Source of the DNA: Octopus sinensis
Lineage: Eukaryota
DNA: 64,000 nucleotides
Direction: 5' to 3'
NCBI RefSeq assembly: GCF_006345805.1
Contig: NC_043003.1
Span: 90,086,001-90,150,000, forward strand
In this document: positions 11,591 to 23,299 of the stretch, in pieces
How the letters are laid out: each line of letters opens with the position of its first letter
Position numbering within the stretch: the stretch's first letter is position 1
Position numbers and translations under genes: made by a program
Notes under the pieces: generated by a model
What the model saw: the letters and a program-made list of their open reading frames with translations, nothing else
The model's database searches: none
What the model was told of the DNA's origin: nothing

Positions 11591-14137
11591 CTGTGGTACC
11601 TCTTCCAGGCAGTGTGGTTAAAGTGTTCACTCTGCAACCACATGTTTTTGAGTTCAGTCCCAGTGATATCTTGGGCAAGTGTCTTTTACTGTAGTTCCAG
11701 GTCAATCAAAGACTTGTTAATGAATTTTGTAGATGGAGGATGAAAGAAGACCACTATATGTATGTTATGTATGTGTGTATCCCCTTGTCTTGACATTGCA
11801 TGTAAGTTGTAAACAAATGTCACTGTTACACAAGCAATGTTTTTTGCTGTAATCTTCTATGAAAACATTTTGAACGTTTGTACCATTTGCATTTAAAGGA
11901 CAAGAGGCAATATTATCTCAGATAGCAACAGGTGAGGGTTGGTGAGAGGAAGAGCATCTGGTCATAAAAGATTTGTTTCTATGAATCTCGTCTGACCCAT
12001 GCAAGCATGGAAAAGTGGGTGTTGAAACGATGTTAATGATATATGGCGTACAAAAAGACGTGTATACACAGATTTAAACACATCACTTCACCACCACCTC
12101 TCTCCTACTGACGTAGCCATGTATCTCTTTTACTGTAAGACACCTATTTCTGACCCTCTATCCATACTCTAACTTCTCATCACCTGGCACAAAGCCACTT
12201 CCCTCAATACTACTCCCCACTCAATTGAGGAGTCTTGCAAGAAGTTATTTGGGTAACCTTACTGCTGCTGGTGCCACACGTAAAAAAGCACCGAGTACAC
12301 TCTGTAAAGTAGTTGGCATTAGGAAGGGCATCCAGCCATAGAAACCGACTTGCCAGCTCCTGTCAATCTGTCCAACCCATGCCTGCATGGAAAATGGACG
12401 TTAAATGATGATGATGATGATGATGATAATTATGAAGATGCATACACACACCTTTATTTAACTTCGGCAAGAGTTAATAAATTGAGAAGTACTCCAGAGG
12501 TTTCATCCACATCTTGGTTGTCAAGAGAAATATTAAAATGGAGTCAAAGAGAGACTGTGAAATTGCTCCAAGATTATTTTTCTACTTGCAGCATTTTTGT
12601 GGTTACTGATCACATGAAGATGTAAACATCAACTGGCTAAAAGCCAAAATTAGACCCACCCATAACCTTAGTTGTTAAATTTCAATATGTTGAAATTCCA
12701 GAAGCAGACCAACTTTCTAAGTTGGTCTACTTCTCATGTCAATCTGAATACGACCAAAATCCAAGTTGATCGTGCCATCTACACATACATCATCCAAAAA
12801 TTACAATAGACTTCCCTGCGCAGTAGACTGTCTTAGTAATCAAAAGACAAAAACAATCTTTATAGATTTCCTATCGAACTAAACTGCGCATTCAAGTATG
12901 TTGTTTCATTTGAATTCAAGAAAAAAAAAAGTCATAGAAAAACTTCAATAAGTGACTAATTTAGTTGTTTCCTTGTTTATAAAACATTGTCATTGTGTGC
13001 AAGCCGTGTAATGCCAGTTGATAAGTGATTTACAATTTAATTATTTAATTACTTGAACTGTTATTTGCCCGTGATTGCTTTACTTTGTCAAAACTATGAC
13101 TTTTATCATATTTGTCTAATGCCTCTGAGAATTGCATGAAAGTTGCATAATCTCATTTCCTCTCGTTAAAAATCCAGATCTACATGAAAAAAAGTCCTCT
13201 TAATTCTGACGTGAAATTCAATATTACTGATGATCTAAGTCGATAAAAATATATTTAGAAAACAAAAAACAGAAGGTGAAATACGTTAGTAAAAAATGAT
13301 GAGAGAAAATATCTACTTTTTCGGAAAACCAAACGTTAGCTTAGTTCTTTAAGTTTACAAATTTTTTACGTTAACTTTGGCACACATTCTGTAGCCAATA
13401 GATTTAATCACTATTAATGAACCTATATTGGATCATAGACTCGCTACAGGTGATCCAAACGGAAAATAATAATATTGTTGCTCCTATTTTCTTCAATAAT
13501 TATTTTCAAATTTAGGCACACAGCCAGAAATTTTGAAGGGAGGGGGTTATTCGATACCATCAACTCTAGTATTTGATTGTTACTTTCATTAATTGCAGAA
13601 GGATGATAAAACTAATTAAAATATTTCACTACAGTCAAAATATAAGCAAAATTGCCAATTAATTAAGAACAACATATAATAAGATATTAAACAATTTATA
13701 GAGTTCATGACTTAAATCTTTATACATATTTAAAGTCATCTATTTATCTGCTATCAGTCAAAAAGGTTCGAATCTAAATATTAATTATAAACCGAAAACT
13801 AAGTTTCTAACTTCGACAATCATAATTGGAGACTTGACAAACTAAAAGTATATAAAGTATTATTTACTACGAATAACCTTATTTGTTACGCATTTATCTG
13901 CACAAGTATGTACAAAAAATAAAAATTGCTTTAAAATTAAGAATAGCTATCAGAAAAAAATGAGTGAAATTGGTCGAGAATGTCTATTCTTAGTAAGAAC
14001 AGCAAATCTTAAAGTGAATCCAAGTGAACAGCTCGCTGAAGCTGTAAGGTAATGTCTAAACTAAGACAACCCCTAAGGTCCTATTAATGTTAGGTATCAT
14101 CTTTACAATATATTCTTAGAGTGTATTCCTCACAGCC

Positions 14138-14194
14138 GTAGCAGAACCCAACTACGAAGAACCCAACTACGAAGAAGTAGTTGGGTTCTGCTAC
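14138..14194. repeat. Perfect 18-bp inverted repeat with an internal 15-bp duplication
   Basis: GTAGCAGAACCCAACTAC (14138-14155) is the exact reverse complement of GTAGTTGGGTTCTGCTAC (14177-14194). Confidence 0.95.
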
Positions 14195-14358
14195 TCATTT
14201 GTTGCGAATATGCAAACAATCCCGGATATCTTGTAAGCCTAGCAATTGTTTCCTCAATAAATAATATTAAACCCTGGTAACAATAAACATGTTGTTCCTT
14301 TCTTCGTTAATGAAACCTAACATTTTAATGTGGTTGGGAGAGGGATTTTTTTGTTGTT

Positions 14359-14409
<51 letters not shown>

Positions 14410-14781
14410 AATATATGTGTGTGTGTGTATATATAAACCATTGACAGCTGTGAGAACTCGGACAATATCACTCGTAATCATCTTGAAAGATTGCAACTGC
14501 TAAACGAAACAAATTTCTAAAAGTAACTACCATTAAGATTTGCTCTAAAGGGAACATATGTGTATATAAAGATGTTTCTGCTACTAGTAGTAATAATAAT
14601 AATAGAGAAAATATTGAGAAAGCCGGGCAGCAACAAAGGTGGAGGTAGATGAGGTGATTAGAAAGAATAGCATACGAACAAAATTCTTAAATTGACTTTT
14701 CGCTAAAACAGAGCAGTTATGTTAGTATACCTGTATACATTAAAAACAAGATATTGTCAAAATGAATAGATTCCGCTATAC

Positions 14782-14844
14782 CTGAAAATCATTTCGTGTG
14801 AAATCTATGCCTCTGACAAACGGTAACACCCCAGTGGCTGCCAT
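14782..14844 (-). CDS. FLII: Flightless-I coding exon 1: MAATGVLPFVRGIDFTRNDFQ
   Basis: Nearly invariant FLII N-terminus. ATG at 14844, donor CAG|gtatag, phase 0 joins exon 2 across a 10.2 kb intron. Confidence 0.97.
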
Positions 14845-14882
14845 TTTGCCGTTCACTCAGTGACGTCACAGCTGTTCCGGAA
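14840..14882. promoter_or_regulatory. FLII proximal promoter/5' UTR motif cluster: YY1-like, CRE, E-box, ETS-like
   Basis: GCCATTTT overlapping the ATG, TGACGTCA at 14861-14868, CAGCTG at 14869-14874, TTCCGGAA at 14875-14882. Confidence 0.5.
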
Positions 14883-15309
14883 AATCACTTCTGAAAACTT
14901 AAGTATTTGAAGTTGCGTGTGGTTGTCTCTAGATTACATACATAAGGCAACTATCTACTTATGTCTTCTAACAGTTTCACATTTTAATATGGATCAAAAC
15001 TGTTTCGAGTCTAACGTACTTGAAATATCTTTCACTTTTTTTTTTTTTTATTGTTTATGGCTGAGTCAGATGAGTTAGGGTTACGCCCGTGAACTTCGTG
15101 CAAGGCTTCCAAAACAGCTGAGAGAAAGGGAAGAAAGATATTAAGCAATCGTCAGATCGGAAAACAATCCGAATGCTTGCTACAAAGGGAACTCCATTAA
15201 AAGCACCCAAGTGTTAGATGTTAAAAGTTAAACTAGACGATGGAGTGGGTCTACCCCTACCTACCCAAGAATATGTAGACTTTATCTGACGAGTTTCTGT
15301 GGACCCAAT

Positions 15310-17240
15310 ATGCTACAAAGGTAAAGGTAACGCTTTAGATACAAATAATAACTGAGGCATCAAGTTGTTAGATCCGGTAATGAAGGTCACGGAGTGGGTT
15401 ATAGCCCAACTAATTAGGGAGAGAGTCAGCTTAGATGAGATGCAGGGAAAAGCACCATTGATGCTATATTTCTGGTAAGACAGCTGCAGGAGAAATACCT
15501 AGACAAAGATAAACCCCTGTACCTGGCTTCTGTTGACATGGAGAAAGCCTTTGACAGGGTCCCCCGATCCCTTATCTGGTGGTCAATGAGGAAACTAGGG
15601 ATAGTAAGGTGAGAGCTGGCAACGAGTACAGGGAAGAAATCCGGGTAGAGGTAGGGGTCCAACAAGGTTCAGTCCTCAACCCCTTCCTTTCGATCATAGT
15701 CCTCCAGGCAATAACAGAGGAATTCAAGACAGCATGCCCCCGGGAGCTCCTCTATGCTTATGACCTTGCTGTAATTGCTGAGTCACTATCAGAACTGGAG
15801 GAGAAGTTTCAGGTGTGGAAGCAAGGATTAGAATTGAAGGGCCTTAGCGTCAACCTAGCTAAAACCAAAGTCCTAAAAAGTAGGAAGGTAGACAAGTCAC
15901 AAATGCCTTCAGGTAGATGGCCCTGTTCGATCTGTAGAAAAGGCATAGGTAGAAACTCCATAAGATGTACCCAGTGTAAGCTATGGACACAAGAGGTGCA
16001 GCAATATCAAAGGAAGGCTAACTGGGAGGATAGTTTTTGTATGTGGCAGATGCTCTGGTGCTATAAATAACACTGAAAATGTCCAGAGACCAACTTCCGC
16101 CACATTCAAGGGAAAAAAACTAGAAGTAGTTGATAGCTTCCATTACCTAGGTGACCAAGTCAGTAGCGGGGGAGGGTGCACTGAAAGTGTAGCTGCTAGA
16201 ATAAGAATAGACTGGGCTAAGTTCAGAGAGCTCTAACCTCTGCTGGTGACAAAGGGCCTCTCACTCAGAGTAAAAGGTAGACTGTACGACACATGTGTAC
16301 AAACAGCCATGCTACATGGCAGTGAAACATGGGCCGTGACTGCTGAGGACATGCGTAAGCTTGCAAGGAATGAAGCCAGTATGATCCGATGGATGTGTAA
16401 TGTCAGTGTGCATACTCGACAGAGTGTTAGTGCCCTGAGAGAAAGGTTGAACCTAAGAAGCATCAGATGTGGTGTGCAAGAGAGACGATTGCGCTGGTAT
16501 GGTCATGTGGTGAGAATAGATGTTGATAGCTGTGTGAAAAAGTGCCACACCCTAGCAGTTGAGGGAACCTGTGGAAGAGGTAGACCCAGGAAGACCTGGG
16601 ATGAGGTGGTGAAGCATGACCTTCAAACATTGGGCCTCACCGAGGCAATGACTAGTGACCGAAACCTTAGGAAATATGCTGTATGTGAGAAGACCCGGCA
16701 AGCCAAGTGAGACCATAACGCGTGGCTTATGCCAGGGCTGTAACCAGCCCACTTATACGTACCTTTCCTTCATTGGACACTAAACTTTGCTTGAGGCAAG
16801 TGAAATCGAAATCGAATCAAATTCGATGACTGTCACCCATGCCAGTGGAGCGCTAAGAGTACCATCTGAGTGTGATCGTTGCCAGAGAAGCTGACTGGCT
16901 TCTGTGCTGGTGTCATGTAAAAATGCCGGTGGCACGTGAAAAAACATTTGAATGAGGTCATTGCCAGTGCCGCTGGACTGGCTCCTGTGCAGGTGGCACG
17001 TAAAAAACACCATTTGAGTGTGGGCGTTGCCAGTACCGCCTGGCTGGCCCTCATGCCAGTGGCACGTAAAAGCACCCACTACACTCTTGGAGTGGTTGGT
17101 GTTAGGAAGGGCATCCAGCTGTAGAAACTCTGCCAGATCAGATTGGAGCCTGGTGCAGCCATCTGGTTCGCCAGACTTCAGTCAAATCGTCCAACTCATG
17201 CTAGCATGGAAAGCGGACGTTAAACCATGATGATGATGAT
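15310..17240 (+). mobile_element. 5'-truncated RTE-clade LINE (RT, C-terminus and 3' UTR), disrupted
   Basis: DMEKAFDRVP, GVQQGSVLNP, LLYAYDL and GRGRPRKTWDEV motifs, (GAT)n tail. Closely similar to the copy at 49.7-52.0 kb. Confidence 0.9.
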
Positions 17241-17249
17241 GTGTGTATG

Positions 17250-17470
17250 ATGGATGTAAATGAGCAGCATTACCATACAAGCAACGTTGTTTATTTCCAG
17301 TTTTCTAATGAAAAGCATGTTTGGCCTTGAGGAAATATTACTTTGCTTGGAAACAGGTGAGGATTGGTGACAAGAAAGGCATCCAGTTGTGGAAAATCTG
17401 CCTTAACAATTTCCATCTGGTCCATGCAAGCATGAAAAAGTAGATGTTAAATAAGGATGATAATGATGAA
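17250..17470 (+). mobile_element. Representative copy of an abundant RTE-tailed short repeat (at least a dozen copies in the window)
   Basis: Shared GGAAATATTACCTTGCTTGGAAACAGGTGAG...CCATGCAAGCATGGAAAAGTGGA...GATGAT block. Confidence 0.7.
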
Positions 17471-17929
17471 TAATTTAGTAAAATTTAATTTGTCATCATT
17501 AAGTGGAATTTGGAACATAAATTAGCATGAGAGTTGGATGGAAGGTTATAACTTAGATCATTTTGAACCAAGGGCAATTTGTTTGTCCCCTCCAGTTTCA
17601 ATTCTCAAAGCCCCCTTCCTCCAACTATGAGAAACATTGAGCTACATAGTTATAGCTATGAACTATCACTGTTCTAACTATTCACAGTCAGAGATAGGCC
17701 AGTATGAACTTAGTAGCCTGGCAGTGGACACAGTATTAATTTTGTATATTAATTGCCAATACTGTCTTGAAAATCATATGTTGAATGAAGTGAAGCTTTA
17801 TGTATCTAGGTAGCATGGTGTTCACTACATCAAGTACAGAGGAAGATGTCAAAGCAAGACTTGGATATATGATTAAGCCTTCAACATTTTAAAGCCTGTT
17901 TATGAAGCAAATAGTCAATCCAAAGCCCA

Positions 17930-18270
17930 GTTGAGAAAGAAAGAGAATGGTAGGGTGGGTTAGGGTAAAGCACAATCGATTTTCTGCAGTTCTACTGAAA
18001 CGCCAACAAGAGAACATATGAAACCTGGTAAGGAAAGGTAGTCCTCAGACAATTGCATATGAAGCAACATAGTGAAAACTGGAAGGAAACTACAAAGTGG
18101 AACAACCTTCTCTCACCAAGGAAAACAAAATGGAGAAGGCTCCATTGAAACTGATGCACTGGCAAGCAGCTAACACCTAGGGACAAATGCAATCCATTGT
18201 CAAAGATCAAGACAGATGGAGACCTCTTTTTGGTACCCTGTGTTCTTCATGGAGTCAAAGGACTTAAGAA
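17930..18270 (+). mobile_element. Highly degenerate 3' end of a second RTE-like LINE family
   Basis: Fragmentary C-terminal pattern resembling W.P...RK.GRP...W...V.KD..RWR..LVPC. No intact frame. Confidence 0.4.
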
Positions 18271-19329
18271 AGAAGACAACAAAGCAAATCCTCTGTTCAG
18301 ATATATTTAGTAGAGGATTTTCAATAGCAACATCAAACCCATTTAGCTCAGTCATGTCAAACTATAAAACTGCCAATGGTACTTATCTCTTTTCCAGTAC
18401 GCTATTGCAAGATTGGATATTGTACTCAAGCTAATAAAATACTTGTTAATATTGTCATTATCATTGTTAAGGGTTATTTTTCCATGCTTGCATTGACAGA
18501 TCAGATGGAAATCATTGAGGTAGATTTTCTGTGGACAGATCCCCTTCCTGTCACCAACCTTCACCTGCTTCCAAGCAAGGTATTTTCTTATTCCTTGCTG
18601 AACATATCTCCATGGAAGATTGTAAATGAACATCACTTGTGTGACAGTGACACATGTTTACAACTACCACACAATGTCAAGATGAGAAGACACTCACACA
18701 CATTATACATTGTCTGGGCATACATGCTATACGCATATAAGTTGTGGACTGGCTATATGATTCATCTCTGATCCTGTTCAGGTATGTGATGTTGATAAGC
18801 CACAAAAATGGTGAAACATCAAGGTCTGTCACTCTTGGATGGGATTAGAGGCGAGTTATCTCACTTGTCCATTAATTTCAGGTGTTTTAACACCTGGCAC
18901 TTTGAGAGAGTGTTCTCCACCATGCCAAATCACATATGCAAATATTTGGAACATATATATTAAGTGCATGTGGTTGATAATATATATATCATATGACATA
19001 CTCTTTACTTTACATACACACGCATATATATGATGGGCTTCTTTCTGATTCTGGCTACCAAATCCATTCACAAGGCTTTGATCAATCCAGGGATATAGTA
19101 GAAGACGCTTACCCAAGGTGCCATGTAGGGAGACTGAATCTCAAGCTACATGGTTGGAAAGCAGACTTCTTAACCATACAGCCCTTGTATAATTAATCTT
19201 TATATCATTACTAGCATTATGACCCGTCGTTGCCAGGTCATAGTGCTAGTGCATGTATATATATATGTGTACATATTACATGTACATCTATATATATACA
19301 TCTACACATAAAATACAAAATTATATCTT

Positions 19330-19663
19330 GATATCGCTAGTGATAACAATACTCAAAATATATAACAGACTGGAATTGTTAGCCCGTCTCTTGCAATTTC
19401 GATCAATTGTATCTTGTGCTCCCTCTTGTATAGAAGCATGGCTACAATCCAGCCTACCTCAACTTCTAGGGGGGGGGGGGCATTAAAAATTTTTATCCAG
19501 CACGTCCCAGATATAAAGGTAAAAATAAAATATTTCCAATTTGCGAGTTCGAGTCGAGTACTCCCTTGCATGCTCCGTTGACTCGAACCTTGCTTCTATT
19601 GTGGCGAATTTACCGCCTCTGGTTAGATATCTTTCATATTTTCAATGGTGCTTTCCTCCAGGT
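19330..19663 (-). pseudogene. Unit C, 3' part: degenerate Tx1-type ORF1 (the target element)
   Basis: Frameshifted translation HLEESTIENMKDI/YLTRGGKFATIEARFESTEHAREYST/IGNILFLPLYLGR/WIKIFNAPPPLEVEVGWIVA is colinear with the ORF1s at 23300-24601 and 25068-26465. Confidence 0.8.
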
Positions 19664-19907
19664 TGTTTTATTATTACCCACTAGGGGCGAACATAGATGG
19701 GACAATACAATCTGATGTGGGGTCAGACACACGAATGGGTTTTTACAATAAATCGAATTTAAAAATTTACATGAAATTACAAAATAGACACAAAATCGAA
19801 TGATGGAACAGACCGTAAGACATTACGGGTGGAGTGGGTGCGGGTTTAGCTCGGACCCCACGAGCCCCGCCTCCCCACTGATACTTTTGGTTTCGTTTGG
19901 TTTACAT

Positions 19908-22900
19908 TTATGTTGTATCTTTCACTCGCAACTTACGTGCTACATCTTTCCATCGTTCTTCATACACTCTCCTAGTCAGGCATATTCTCTCCAGCCCTAT
20001 CTTCCTTTTCAGGTGAAAGATGAAATAATTCATCAAACCAGGGCCGGAGATGAACTTGCCTGACTGTAGACCTTTCATTCTCGTCTTCCATATCACCTCT
20101 TTCGCAATTGCTACTACAACGAGAAAACAAAACTTACCTTCTTTCGCGAGGAAATCCGGTGGGTCAATTTTTGTAATCGACTCAGTCGACAGCTGTACTC
20201 TTCGTGTACCTGACAACAGCTGTTCGGTATAAAACCACACCTCAGACACGTCCGGACAATGAACAATAGCGTGCGGGACGGTTTCCCTATCCCACCCGCA
20301 TCTTGGACATATCGGACTGTCTTGGCCTCCGTGCCTTGCGAGTTTATCCCGAACAGGTAGAGCTCCTCTGTAACATTGCTATGCCAGGGACTTCTGGAAG
20401 TTGTCCAGTGTCTTCGGCTTGAACGTACGTCAGAACAGACTGGCCAGCTGATTATCGTCGAGACCTAGGGCTTCTCCCAAGGTATCTTCACATTCCGCCT
20501 CTACCAACCCTCTATAGAAGAATGTGGTGGAACCCCCACTGCAGGTGTTACCCGAGCGACGGAATAGCAGGAGAGCCTTGCGACACTCCGTGTACCAAGT
20601 ACCAAGTTTCGATCTACGATTCAGCCAGGTTTCCCATCCACCGAAACTAGTGAACTTGGGAAACATCAGTTTTGCTAGCGAAGACCACACCCGTTCACCA
20701 TCCAGATAGAGCCACAGATGTCTTAACCTCAGCGCATGTCTGCGCATCATCAGCCAAGGCATCCCTAGCCCACCCTTTAACGGTTGTTGACAGCAAGTAG
20801 AGCGTTTCACAAGTGGTTTCCGGCCCTTCCACAAGAAGTAGAAGAGCTGTCTTTCCAACTTGATCAACCACGAATCAGGGCAAGGAACGACGGAAAGGCG
20901 GTAGGTGATAACCGATGCGATAAACACATTGGCCACCTCCGCCCTCCCTTTCAAGGATAGCCACCGCCAAGACCAGGTCTTGGCTACTGCAGCCACCTTG
21001 CTCGTTACCTCGCCCCAATTCTTCTCTATTTGGAGGTCTGGACCGAACCAGACCCCTAGCAATTTAATCGGACCCTCCGTCCAACGTCCCACGACGCTGT
21101 CAGGAGGCATCGACTTGCCTCTCCAGGTGCCGAGTTGCAAGCCGACTGACTTTTCGCGATTAACTTTTGCTCCTGTCACCGTCTCGTAAACCTCTATGGA
21201 CTTGCCTACTTTACATAGGTGGTCCATTTCGGTTACGATGATGGTGATGTCATCCGCGTACGCTGACACTGATTTTCCATTACCTGGCTGTCTCAGGATG
21301 CCGCTCAGTTTTCGCAGTAATGGCTCAAGAGCCATCACGTACAAAAGCGGGGAGAGCGGACACCCTTGACGAACCGAGCGTTTGATTTTGAACAGCTTCG
21401 ACAAGAAGCCGTTCACCCGAACTACCGAGTCGATGTTATCATAAATTTGGATAATCCACCTGAGGAAGCCAAGGCTCAGCCCGAACCGTGCCAGGGCAGA
21501 TACCAGGTAACGATGGTCGACCCTATCAAAAGCTTTAGATTGGTCTAAATGGACCAGTGCCCCACCCTTGCCAGAATCACTATTAAACCCCTCTATAGTG
21601 TACCGCATTAGATGGAGATTATCCTGAATGGATCTGCCCGGAACGGCACATGTCTGTGCCCCTCCGATCAGACCATCCGCGACACGCGCCAATCTTTTCG
21701 ATAACACTTTGGCCAAAATCTTCAACTCTGTGTTTAGCAGAGTGATGGGCCTGAAATTATCAATGCACTCCCCCTTGCTCGAGTCCTTTCTGACGAGAGT
21801 CACTACTCCCCGGTGCACAGATCTGGGTATAAGCCCGTTCTGCTGCCAGTTCGCATAGACCTCCGCCAGTAGGTGCCCGAACAAGTCTGGCATACTCTTA
21901 TATAACTCATAGGGTAGACCATCCAAACCCGGCGCCTTGCCCGCGCCGCAGTCCGCCATTGCCTCAACCACCTCCTCAGGCGTGATTGGCCCTTCACAGC
22001 CCTCCGCATCTCGCCCCGATAAGCGCGGCAGCCCGTCAAGAAGGTCCGTAAAGGCCCTCCTCCTATCCAGTCCGCCGCACTCACCGAAAAGCTGAGCGAA
22101 GTGCTCCTGAAAGGCCTCACACATCTCCTTGAGTTCGTTTATCAACTCACCTTGTTGGTTCGTCAAAGATCGAATCGTGGCATCGTTACCATGCTGTGCT
22201 TCCACCACTCGGGCCCATCTCACGGCGTTGATTCCTTCACATCCCATATGGCGGATTCTAGCCCTGACAATGCAGCCCATGTGTTTGGCCTCGAGGTGCT
22301 GGTTTAACACCAGTCTCTTGGACGCCACCTGAGCCGCAGAGCCAGTTTTCAAGGCTTCCTCTAATTCCTTAACTAGAGTAGTTTCCCTTCTAGCCTCTCT
22401 AGCCACTACTCCTATGCTATATCTAATTGACTCGAACCGATGGCTCGTTTGAGGGCGTACCACCATTTGTTATTAATGATGGTACCAGATAGTGCCCTCT
22501 GAATTATATCCCTAATCCGGTCTTTGTACTCCTTAATCGCCAAAAGGGACGTATTAAGTTTCCAGTAAGCGGATCCTCTATTTTTAACCTTATCTATGTC
22601 AAGCTTACAGGTGACCATTTTATGATCACTGTAGCTGATCGGGTAAAACTGTGGACACTTAGCTATTTTTCTGTCTACTTTTCTAATTAGTATTCTATCT
22701 AATTATGACCTGGAAGATCCGTCGCTGTTTGACCATGTCCACAATGGAGCGTTCGGAAATTCCAGCCTATAAGGATCTGCTAGCTCAAAGCGGCTTAACA
22801 GTTCCATGAAGCCACTGTTACCTTTTCTATCTGAACGCGAGCCAACACAATCTACATCCGCTTTGCAAATTGTGTTAAAGTCACCTAGCACAACTAATGA

Positions 22901-23290
22901 ATGCGAAGTACCAAGAAAGTTTTCTAGTTCACGAAAATAATCACTTTGCCCTGTATGGTTGAGTGCGTATATTGCAACCAGTCTGATAACTTTACCGTTA
23001 CTGAACGTCAAATCCATGACGACCAGCCTACCTTCTGGATCTGCAAAAATTAACTTTTTCTCAGAAACCCGGTTTCTTTTTATTAGGACCAACACCCCAC
23101 TTCCGCCAGGAGAGAAAAAACTCTCATAGCCGTCAAACAGTGGGAGTAGACCTCTTGGCCCCTCTAACCGGGTTTCTGTAGCAACAATAACATCTAAATT
23201 ACGCGACCTGATATCATGCAGGAAGCGACCTTGCTTCCAGCCTGCTCCCAGGCCGCGCACATTCAAACAACCAACATAAATGTAATCCAT
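19908..23290 (-). pseudogene. Unit B ORF2 (AP endonuclease, reverse transcriptase, C-terminal zinc finger) with three in-frame stops and one frameshift
   Basis: EN motifs LNVRG, TETR, LGDFN, (Y>*)LDRI and SDH. RT motifs NFRPITLLN, DQSKAFDRV, RQGCPLSP and AYADD. Finger CPRC..ETVPHAIVHC. Stops at 22703-22705, 20430-20432 and 20379-20381; frameshift near 22440. Confidence 0.92.
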
Positions 23291-23299
23291 TACTTACCT

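Noticed and set aside
13960-14048. + strand ATG-to-donor segment MSEIGRECLFLVRTANLKVNPSEQLAEAV
   Set aside because: No recognisable homologue or downstream exon, and it is antisense within FLII intron 1, so it is compatible with chance.
19650-19712. Repeated junction motif as a fragment of U1, U2, U5, U6, 5S or tRNA (known Tx1 targets)
   Set aside because: It does not match those RNAs as I recall them, and the flanks translate as a split ORF1.
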